Source: an uncultured bacterium (GTDB lineage: Bacteria; Patescibacteriota; Microgenomatia; UBA1400; PJMF01). Taken from it: 64,000 nt of DNA. The DNA is taken from contig CAUUGB010000001.1 in assembly GCA_963544615.1 (NCBI GenBank), positions 10,388 through 74,387 on the forward strand. Direction: 5' to 3'. The first letter of the stretch is position 1; every line of letters starts with the position of its first letter. Below, piece after piece: positions 45,522 through 52,613 of the stretch. A model generated the notes under the pieces. That model ran no database searches and was not told where the DNA came from. It was given only the letters and a program-made list of their open reading frames with translations. The position numbers were made by a program, and so were the translations under genes.

Positions 45522-45935
45522 ATGGCAAAAATTGCAATTCATCCGGGTTTAGATCTTAAACTCTCCGGCAAGAAAAAAAAGCTCCCCATTATTAGAGCTT
45601 ACTATCGCCCCTTTTTCTTTGCTGCCCTGCCAGCCAATATTTTGTCGCTGACTTTAGCGGTGGTTTTTTTTAAGTTTTTACCTCCGGTAATTCCCCTTTT
45701 AGGTAGTGTTTTAGATCGTCAAGAACGCTTGGTAGATAAAATTTGGATTTTTACTTTGCCGGTTATTGCCACCGTGATTAATTTGGTACATGCAGGGGTG
45801 ATTTATTTTGGTCGCAAGCACAAAGTTACTTTGCTGAGGATTTTTGGTTTAATCACGGTTTTTATTCAGCTGTTACTTTTGGCAGTGTTGCTGCGCTTAA
45901 TTTTGGTTTTGCTTCCCTTGGGAGGACTGCTGTGA
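45522..45935 (+). CDS. Small polytopic membrane protein (4 TM) upstream of the WecA/MraY-family gene.
   Basis: 137 aa. Overlaps the next gene by 4 nt. Confidence 0.4.
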   Translation: MAKIAIHPGLDLKLSGKKKKLPIIRAYYRPFFFAALPANILSLTLAVVFFKFLPPVIPLLGSVLDRQERLVDKIWIFTLPVIATVINLVHAGVIYFGRKHKVTLLRIFGLITVFIQLLLLAVLLRLILVLLPLGGLL

Positions 45936-47029
45936 TATTGGCAGCAGCTGGACAACCATACTTAATTATAGCCACTTTATTTTTAGCTTATGCGGCAGTG
46001 TGGTGGCTCACCCCTTTAGTGATTAAATTATATCGCTGCTGTGGTTGGGACAAACCTCATCAAGGTGAGCGGCAAAAAATTAAAGATACGCATGTGGGTA
46101 ATTTACCGCGAGGTGGTGGTTTAGCCATTGGTGGGGGGTTATTTGCGGTGATTATTGCCGGGGCAATTATTGCCCCCGCATATTTTCTTTTTCCTTGGGT
46201 GGGAGAAGAGTTAGCCGCTACTCATGACGGTTTGCAGTTGGTGCTGAGTATTTACGCTGGAGCTTTAATTTTTATTTTTTTGGGTTGGGGCGATGATGTC
46301 CATGATTTAAGTCCCCTATTTCGTTTAGGGGTGAATGTAGTGGTGGCGCTACTGTTGTGGCGGGCTGGTTTAAGCATTGATTTTGTTACCAATCCCCTGG
46401 GTAGTGGGGTGTGGCATCTTAATCAGGTACCTTTTTTAGCCGCTTTGCTGACGGTAATTTATTTTGTGGCCATGGTTAATATTACCAATTGGGCTAAAGG
46501 AGTTGATGGACAACTGCCGGGAGTGGTGGTGATTGCGGCAATTTTTATTAGTGTGGTGTCATTTCGTTTAACTGGTAAACTCAATTACAATTTGCTTTTG
46601 GGAGCGCTGGTGGCGGGTGGTTATGCAGGTTTTTTGCATTGGAATTTTTTCCCCCAAAAAATTTTACCTGGGTTTGGAGCTGGGGCTTTGGCGGGATATT
46701 TTTTAGCCGTGCTGTCTATTTTAGTGGGGGCGAAGTTAGCTACTTTGTTTATGGTTTTAGCTTTGCCAATTGCTGACGCCATCTTTACAATTTTGCGTCG
46801 CATTCATGCTGGTAAATCAATTTTTTTAGGAGATAGAGGGCATTTACACCACAAGCTTTTAGATAAGTTGGGTTGGAGTCGGCGGCAGATTGCTTTATTT
46901 TACTATGCGGTAACTTTAATTATGGGGGTGCTGGCACTGCTGCTGCCTACTGGGGGTAAAATTATCGCTTTTGCTTTAGTGTTGCTATTGGTTTTTTACT
47001 TTTTAATTTGGGTAAAATTGCACCCTTAG
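45932..47029 (+). CDS. Polyprenyl-phosphate N-acetylhexosamine-1-phosphate transferase (WecA/MraY family, GT4-like)
   Basis: Motifs LGWGDDVHDL (DDxxD), NITNWAKGVDGQLPG and HLHHKLL in a 10-11-TM protein. Confidence 0.75.
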   Translation: MILAAAGQPYLIIATLFLAYAAVWWLTPLVIKLYRCCGWDKPHQGERQKIKDTHVGNLPRGGGLAIGGGLFAVIIAGAIIAPAYFLFPWVGEELAATHDGLQLVLSIYAGALIFIFLGWGDDVHDLSPLFRLGVNVVVALLLWRAGLSIDFVTNPLGSGVWHLNQVPFLAALLTVIYFVAMVNITNWAKGVDGQLPGVVVIAAIFISVVSFRLTGKLNYNLLLGALVAGGYAGFLHWNFFPQKILPGFGAGALAGYFLAVLSILVGAKLATLFMVLALPIADAIFTILRRIHAGKSIFLGDRGHLHHKLLDKLGWSRRQIALFYYAVTLIMGVLALLLPTGGKIIAFALVLLLVFYFLIWVKLHP

Positions 47030-47069
47030 GGCAACTGCTGCTACAGCTTGGGAACCTGAGGCAAATGGT

Positions 47070-47099
47070 TTGACAAGTTTACTTAAGGCTTGCTATAAT
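47070..47099 (+). promoter_or_regulatory. Sigma-70-type promoter
   Basis: -35 TTGACA, 18-nt spacer, -10 TATAAT, located 33 nt upstream of the ATG at 47132. Confidence 0.55.
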
Positions 47100-47131
47100 C
47101 GCTTACTGGGTGATGGAAGTATATTTTCCCT

Positions 47132-47737
47132 ATGTTTAATGCTCATAATTCTGCCGATAGTCAGCAAGCTGCCAGTGATGAGGTAGCCAATGAATTTGAC
47201 CAGCTGGCGGCACAAATGCCTTTAGCTGACTACGAAGACGTGCCTCCCATGGCAGAAGAAGCGCTTTATACTTGGGTCGCCCCAGAGCGAATTTTTCGCC
47301 CTCGCTTGTCAATGGATTTTAAGCGTAATTTAATTTTGCTTTTAGCCTTGATTGTGTTGTTGTTAATTTTTTTAAGCAATCTCTCTCTTTTGATTGTGGT
47401 GTTGTCGCTGATTTTTTTTATGTTTGTGGTAATGAATGTGCCTCCCTTAAAAATTCGCCACACCTTAACCAATTACGGTATTTATGTGGGTGATCACAAA
47501 TTTTATTCATGGAAAGATCGGGGCGCACGCTTTTGGTGGGAGCAAAGTCATGGACAAAATTATGTGGTGGTAGAAACCCGGGTGTTTCCTTATAAGATTG
47601 TGATGCTGGAGGGTTTAGAGGGTAATAAGCAAATTATTAGCAACATTTTAGGCGCTTATTTACTGGAGCAAAAACCACCGCAAACTGAGGCTGATAAATT
47701 GATTAAGTGGCTTCGCGAAACTTTTCCTTTGGAGTAG
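47132..47737 (+). CDS. Hypothetical membrane protein
   Basis: 201 aa. Acidic N-terminus, two adjacent TM helices, and a C-terminal soluble domain. Confidence 0.45.
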   Translation: MFNAHNSADSQQAASDEVANEFDQLAAQMPLADYEDVPPMAEEALYTWVAPERIFRPRLSMDFKRNLILLLALIVLLLIFLSNLSLLIVVLSLIFFMFVVMNVPPLKIRHTLTNYGIYVGDHKFYSWKDRGARFWWEQSHGQNYVVVETRVFPYKIVMLEGLEGNKQIISNILGAYLLEQKPPQTEADKLIKWLRETFPLE

Positions 47738-47739
47738 TG

Positions 47740-48172
47740 GGACAGCGGTGGTGACTGTTTTCCTCTTGACGAGATGGTCAACCGATTATACAATGTCCCC
47801 TCGGTTGCCGTTTGCGTTTGGCAAAAGTGGCGACAAATTTGGCAGGAGGTGGTTGTTTTGTGGTGCCGTTGGAGTAATGAACAGGACAGGAGTACATCGG
47901 AGAAGTTGCGGAGTCTTTTCTTTTGGAAGAGACATTTTTTTGACTCGGACGAGAAAAAACGTGCTTTTGTGTTTTTTTTAGTCTGTCGCTGCTGCAGTAG
48001 TCAGGAGGTAGCTAAATTAACTCCCTCAAAACTGCAGCGAAAAATGTATCGTGACTTTGTGAAAACTTGGGCAAGTAGTCAAGGTTTACTCGCTCAAGTT
48101 TTCGCTCAGCCGACGGTGGCAGTCAACAACATTGCCAAATAATTTTTGCCCCCTTAACTGGGGGCTTTTTAT
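47740..48172 (+). ncRNA. Candidate structured non-coding RNA or decayed gene, roughly 430 nt and terminator-capped, of unknown class.
   Basis: The only ORFs here are two overlapping plus-strand frames with W/R/C-rich, non-protein-like composition. There are no minus-strand ORFs. Several internal hairpins are visible (TTGAC-gagatg-GTCAA; GGGACAG...CAATGTCCCC long-range; CTGCAG...CTGCAG). It ends in an intrinsic terminator. No RNase P, tmRNA or SRP signature motifs were found. Confidence 0.25.
48148..48172 (+). terminator. Rho-independent terminator
   Basis: GCCCCC-ttaact-GGGGGC followed by T5 and ATTATTTTT. Confidence 0.75.
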
Positions 48173-48215
48173 TATTTTTCTTGACTTCATTAAATTTTCT
48201 GTTAATAATTGGGGT

Positions 48216-50150
48216 ATGAATAGGGAAATTAATTCTTTACCTCAAACTGAGGTAGCTCAAGCAACTACTGATATTGTCGCTGTGGGAGCAGAACAGCCAG
48301 AAGTTGAGTCGCCAGAATTAGCTGCAGCCGAGAGAGAAGCTAATTTGCTACCACCAATGCCTCAAACTGAGGAAGCCCCGCCAACAACGAGTGCCGAGTT
48401 AGAGACAGCCAGCAATGAGGACACTCAGCCACCAAACTTGGAGTTAGTTGGGGCAGTTGAGGGAGCAGTTAGTTCACCAGAGCAGTTGCCTCAAGATGAA
48501 GTGGTTCAAGCAACCGCTGAGCTTGCCTCTGCCCCAGCAAGTGAGAGAGAAGCTACTTCATCAGAATTAGCTGCAGCTGAGGAAGAAGTTAATTTATCAC
48601 CACTAGTGTCTCAAACTGAGGTAGCCCCGCCAACATCGAGTCCTAAGTTAGAGACAGCCAGCAATGAGCACACTCAGCCACCAAACTTGGAGTCAGTTGG
48701 GACAGCTGAGAGAGCAGCGAGTTTGCTAGAGCAACAAATTGCTAAGTTGCAAAAAGATATTGCCAATCTTAAAGAAATTTTGGGACGCGAGCATTTTGTG
48801 GCAGCGCAAAATGAATATGACAACTTACAGCAGCAACTCGCTGATATCGAACAATTCAAATGTCTTTTTACTGCTGCTACTTATGCGAGTGAAAGAATTG
48901 ATGCTGATAGAATTGCTATGAACAAAGAAACTTTTGCTAATTATGACCAACTGATGATGCAAAAAGATAATTTAGAAGTAGAAAGAAAACTTTTAGAAAT
49001 TAAGCGCAATTTATTACAAGACTACTTTTTACGTCCTCAGCACCAAGGACAGCAGGAGGCTATAAGAGCCAGCAAAAATCAAGTCAAAATGGAAATTTTG
49101 CGCAAAAAAGCCGCTGATATTTTTGAGTTTTTAACTTACCATGTGATTGAACATGATGATGTTTTTGCTGACAACTTAAACCATGAAGGTCAACCGATTG
49201 AGGATACTGCCGCAGGCAAATTAGAACAAGCTGCTGCTGTGCCCAGCGCTTTGTATGACGATCTTTTCAATGGCGTAGACTGTGTGTTTAAGGCTGGTGG
49301 TCCGGCTTCTTTAAGCAAAGTAGCCGCCTTTGCCATTGACGCGACTACTGGTACTTCTAGTTTTAATTTAGCTAAAAAAGATTTTCATTTAGACAATTTA
49401 GAAAAATCTGGAGAATTATCACAAATTAAATATTTATCTTTAGGCGAAAATTTTCCCTATGTGGGCGAGCTGAAAAATGTTCCTCGCTACACTGTGAGTG
49501 TCGGTGATAATGTAGTGCTATATTTAAGCCAGCACTATCTTGTTCCTGGTTTGGTGGAGCAAAATGAAGCGGCAGTGTCGCGGCAGGCGCACCTCCAAAT
49601 GGAAAACTTAGCCGCCCACATTTTAGTGCAGCTGTGTGTGGAGTCGGCGGTGACTTATTTGTTGAGCAATCACTTGCTTCATCAACATCTTAACGCTCAA
49701 GATTTGTCTGCCGATGAGTTGCAAAAGTATCGTCAGGCAAATTTATGCAGTAAAAATATGTGGCATTATTTTAGTCGGGGTTTAACCAAAAAAATTAATC
49801 AGGCTAATTTAGCTCGCCGTGCCGCCCAGCCAACTGATAGTGACAGTGGGGCAGATGGGGGTATGGCAGGAGTTAGCGCTTACATTAAAAATCTCTCTCT
49901 TGATGTTGCCAGTGCTAAGTTAATTAAACACTATGTGGGTAAAATTTATAATATGGCTGGCAAAGGCATCGCCGACGAGCGCCATCCTTATCGCGGTATT
50001 CGCTTGGTTGATGATAGTCCACAGGAGCAGCAGTATGCTGCTGCCAAAATTGATAATCAATTAATTGAGTTAGTCCTCACCGCTGGCAGAGAGTATGCCT
50101 TGCATACTTTAGATGCTCAAGCTGCTTATTTACGCCAGCACCGCTCTTAG
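48216..50150 (+). CDS. Hypothetical protein with an acidic tandem-repeat N-terminal region, a coiled-coil segment and a roughly 400-aa C-terminal domain.
   Basis: The ORF track begins at 48132, but that stretch spans the upstream terminator. The first ATG after the promoter (-35 TTGACT at 48181, -10 TAATAA at 48203) is 48216, so the transcript is probably leaderless. The N-terminus contains four roughly 41-aa repeat units of type xPQTEVAQ...ELAAAE.E.NL. No signal peptide. Confidence 0.55.
   Translation: MNREINSLPQTEVAQATTDIVAVGAEQPEVESPELAAAEREANLLPPMPQTEEAPPTTSAELETASNEDTQPPNLELVGAVEGAVSSPEQLPQDEVVQATAELASAPASEREATSSELAAAEEEVNLSPLVSQTEVAPPTSSPKLETASNEHTQPPNLESVGTAERAASLLEQQIAKLQKDIANLKEILGREHFVAAQNEYDNLQQQLADIEQFKCLFTAATYASERIDADRIAMNKETFANYDQLMMQKDNLEVERKLLEIKRNLLQDYFLRPQHQGQQEAIRASKNQVKMEILRKKAADIFEFLTYHVIEHDDVFADNLNHEGQPIEDTAAGKLEQAAAVPSALYDDLFNGVDCVFKAGGPASLSKVAAFAIDATTGTSSFNLAKKDFHLDNLEKSGELSQIKYLSLGENFPYVGELKNVPRYTVSVGDNVVLYLSQHYLVPGLVEQNEAAVSRQAHLQMENLAAHILVQLCVESAVTYLLSNHLLHQHLNAQDLSADELQKYRQANLCSKNMWHYFSRGLTKKINQANLARRAAQPTDSDSGADGGMAGVSAYIKNLSLDVASAKLIKHYVGKIYNMAGKGIADERHPYRGIRLVDDSPQEQQYAAAKIDNQLIELVLTAGREYALHTLDAQAAYLRQHRS
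48236..48725 (+). repeat. Tandem coding repeat: about 249-bp period in 2 copies, each made of two related 124-bp half-units.
   Basis: CCTCAAACTGAGGTAGC... recurs at about 48240, 48360, 48489 and 48610. GAATTAGCTGCAGC(C/T)GAG recurs at 48315 and 48564. There is near-identity over about 155 nt between the copies. Confidence 0.75.
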
Positions 50151-50210
50151 TTTCTGGAGGCTGATTATCTGATGTAGTTTGCTCCTTGCTGAGGAAGAAA
50201 AAATCTCCAC

Positions 50211-50239
50211 TTGAATAATATCCTATATTATGTTATAAT
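50211..50239 (+). promoter_or_regulatory. Sigma-70-type promoter with extended -10
   Basis: -35 TTGAAT, 17-nt spacer, TGt-TATAAT. The RBS AAAGGAGGTG lies before the ATG at 50277. Confidence 0.55.
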
Positions 50240-50276
50240 GTGGCACTGCTTGTTCAGCTTAATTTAATTAAAGGAG

Positions 50277-50588
50277 GTGAAGCTAATGACAAGCACTCCA
50301 GCGGCGCCGGTTAATTCCGTCGAGCGATATCAAGGTCTTTATTTCTTGTATCGTCTGGGGAAATTGGGCGGATTGGGGTTTTGTGGCCGAGTGGCCAGCA
50401 ACCTCGTGAAGTTGGTTTGCTGTGAGCCAGATGTCTTCTGGGAGGAGACTGATTATGCCTTAATGGAGAACATTTGGCAGCAGGTGAACCATCGATTGCG
50501 GGTGTGGGGTCAGCCCCCCATTGACCCGATAGACCGCGATGATTTGGTGCGCTGCTGTACCCAGCTGATGAGAATTTATTTTAATTAG
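50277..50588 (+). CDS. Hypothetical small protein (103 aa) with locally elevated GC.
   Basis: It has a strong SD and promoter. It is Cys-containing (CC, CC pairs) and ends at a strong terminator. Confidence 0.4.
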   Translation: MKLMTSTPAAPVNSVERYQGLYFLYRLGKLGGLGFCGRVASNLVKLVCCEPDVFWEETDYALMENIWQQVNHRLRVWGQPPIDPIDRDDLVRCCTQLMRIYFN

Positions 50589-50601
50589 CTCATCAGCTTT
50601 T

Positions 50602-50634
50602 CCCCACCAGAAAAATTTGGTGGGGATTTTTTTT
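50602..50634 (+). terminator. Rho-independent terminator between convergent genes
   Basis: CCCCACCA-gaaaaatt-TGGTGGGG followed by aT8. Confidence 0.8.
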
Positions 50635-51490
50635 AGAGTATTTGAATTTGATAAGCAAATTCAAAAGTAACTGCTGGCGGGAGAACAATGGTGCCCTCTC
50701 TTTGGCTAAAGTCTCCTTGGTAATTGGCAAAGTCTCCATGTCCATGCCAGGGTTCCAGACATAAAAAAGGATCACCGGGTTTAGTCCAGACTCCAAACCA
50801 GGGCACATGAGAAAAACTAAATTTCAAACCACAATGCGGTCCTTGCAAACTGATATAGCGAGAGCGTAAGTTCTCCCACACTAAAGCGTCCTCAGCAAAT
50901 AAATCATAATTAAGTGGCAGGGTTTTTCGCCGGCCGTAAGCTTGACGCTCGGGTATAAAACTACTATCAGCGGGGTTCATTTTCAGCCGCCGCAATTCTT
51001 CTTCTTGAGCAAAAATTAAGCGGTAATCACTAAATTTTTCGCCGGGCAGCAAAGGACAGCGAAAAGCAGGATGTGCCCCCACGCTAAAAAGCAAGTCACT
51101 TTTGCCAGGATTAAAAACTTGAGTAGTAACTTCCAAGCTCGCTTCATTTAATTGATAAGTATTGGTGAGCCGAAAAGCAAAAGGGTAATTAGCGCGAGTT
51201 TGGTTGTTATCTGTTAATCTTAAAGAGAGACTTTGTTGTGTTTGGCTAACTAGGGTAAAGTCGGCATAGCGAGCAAAACCATGATTGCCTAAATGATAGG
51301 TTTTGCCTTGATAAAGATAACTTTCATTTTTAAGTTTCCCCACCACGGGAAAAAGGGTGGGATTGCGACCGCCCCAAGAAGCGTCAGCTTGATAAGCATA
51401 TTCAATTTGTCTTTTTTTATCGTATAAACTAGTCCATTCACTCCCAGCGAGCTTAAAATTAACTCGTAAAAATTCATTTTCCAAGCGCAT
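50633..51490 (-). CDS. Aldose 1-epimerase family protein (galactose mutarotase-like)
   Basis: The 285-aa protein has motifs typical of the YihR/LacX-type aldose epimerase fold (NPTLFPVVGKL, HGFAR, and a GHGDF-containing C-terminus). Confidence 0.7.
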   Translation of the reverse strand: MRLENEFLRVNFKLAGSEWTSLYDKKRQIEYAYQADASWGGRNPTLFPVVGKLKNESYLYQGKTYHLGNHGFARYADFTLVSQTQQSLSLRLTDNNQTRANYPFAFRLTNTYQLNEASLEVTTQVFNPGKSDLLFSVGAHPAFRCPLLPGEKFSDYRLIFAQEEELRRLKMNPADSSFIPERQAYGRRKTLPLNYDLFAEDALVWENLRSRYISLQGPHCGLKFSFSHVPWFGVWTKPGDPFLCLEPWHGHGDFANYQGDFSQREGTIVLPPAVTFEFAYQIQIL

Positions 51491-52056
51491 TAGTTTCCTT
51501 TCTCACCAGGTAGGGCGAATTTTTTCTGCCAAAGGGTGAAAACTTCTACTTGTTGTTTGCCAAAAGCAGCCAATTCTTTTTTAATTGCTGCTGGACTTTC
51601 TTCTATCCACAAAGTGGCGGCTCTTTTAGAAAAAAAACAGTCAGCATAGGTAATAATTTGCTCGCTGAGGCTTTGGGGAGTAAAGTCTTTAGCTGGCAGG
51701 GGTAATTGGCGGCGGCTGATTTCTTCCTTAGTTAGTCCCACTCCCACGTGGCGAGAGGCCACCAGGGCATGTGCCTCTAAACCATGTTGGCGCAAAATTT
51801 TTTCTCCGGCTACACCGTGAGCAATATAAGGCAGCGTTCCACTGCAAGCCATTTTGGCGCTTTTTACTTGGCAAACGCCAATGTCATGCAGCATGGCTGC
51901 TTCTTCAATAAAGGTAAGCTCGTCATCACTTAGGTGCAAGTGTCTGCCAATTTGCAAAGCTTTATTAGTTACCAACACCGCGTGAATGGTAAAAATTCTA
52001 TAAGTGAGAGTACCTGGCTGATAATACTCATTAATGAGGGAAAAATAATCTATCAT
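51490..52056 (-). CDS. HD-domain phosphohydrolase
   Basis: MLHDIGV and the downstream His/Asp residues of the HD motif. The length is 188 aa. Confidence 0.7.
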   Translation of the reverse strand: MIDYFSLINEYYQPGTLTYRIFTIHAVLVTNKALQIGRHLHLSDDELTFIEEAAMLHDIGVCQVKSAKMACSGTLPYIAHGVAGEKILRQHGLEAHALVASRHVGVGLTKEEISRRQLPLPAKDFTPQSLSEQIITYADCFFSKRAATLWIEESPAAIKKELAAFGKQQVEVFTLWQKKFALPGEKGN

Positions 52057-52091
52057 CCCCTCATTATATCACTGGTTAAAAACCCACCAAC

Positions 52092-52535
52092 TTAGCTTAG
52101 CTGATTAAATTTGCGCCACTGTGAACTCAGGTAGCGCCTCACTTTAGAGAGATTATCATCGTCATATTTTTGGGTGAATTGCAATTTTTCTATGACCGAA
52201 TCTACCATATCTTGATAACCAGCTTTATCAATTTTTTTCATTGACTTTTTGAAGGCGCTCACTTGAGCGTCCCAAAAGCGCTGCACATCACGATACAAAG
52301 CAGTAGTTAAAGTATTAACTTCACCAAAAATTTCGGTGATTTTTTCTTCCATGGCGGCGCGTTCTTCTTCAACATACTGATTAAATTCGTTTAACTTTTG
52401 TTTTACCAAAGCACGATTTTGCTTGCCAGAGCGAGGAGACAAAAAATACATTGCTCCAGCACCCAGTAAGCCACCCAAAACTCCAGCAGTAAAAACTGCT
52501 AATCCACTAACTGACCTGTCTTGACTCATAATCAT
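52092..52535 (-). CDS. YtxH-like (DUF948) small membrane-anchored coiled-coil protein
   Basis: N-terminal GxxxG-rich TM helix (GLAVFTAGVLGGLLGAGAMYF) followed by a charged helical region. Confidence 0.5.
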   Translation of the reverse strand: MIMSQDRSVSGLAVFTAGVLGGLLGAGAMYFLSPRSGKQNRALVKQKLNEFNQYVEEERAAMEEKITEIFGEVNTLTTALYRDVQRFWDAQVSAFKKSMKKIDKAGYQDMVDSVIEKLQFTQKYDDDNLSKVRRYLSSQWRKFNQLS

Positions 52536-52613
52536 CTTTCTATCAAGTATTTTACTTGCGCTTTATTATTGGCTATGTTATCATTATGATACTTTATCTG
52601 ATGAAAGTCAAGG

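Noticed and set aside
47748-48142. Two overlapping ORFs (77 and 122 aa) in the ORF-poor region
   Set aside because: Their Trp/Arg/Cys-rich composition is unlike any other protein here. The region is treated as candidate ncRNA or pseudogene instead.
47740-48172. Possible RNase P RNA, tmRNA or SRP RNA
   Set aside because: I searched by eye for GGAAAGUCCGGGC and ACAGAA.CCGGCUUA (RNase P), the 5' GGGGcUGAUUC plus a tag ORF ending in ALAA (tmRNA), and GGUCCGGAAGGAAGCAGC (SRP). None is present. The 3' end is an intrinsic terminator rather than a tRNA-like CCA end.
48132-48215. Annotated N-terminal 28 aa of the repeat protein
   Set aside because: This stretch is the translation of the upstream terminator hairpin and promoter. 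The start was moved to the ATG at 48216.
50602-50634. Bidirectional terminator serving both convergent genes
   Set aside because: The hairpin is followed by T8 only on the plus strand. On the minus strand it is followed by AAAAGC, so it is called as a plus-strand terminator only.
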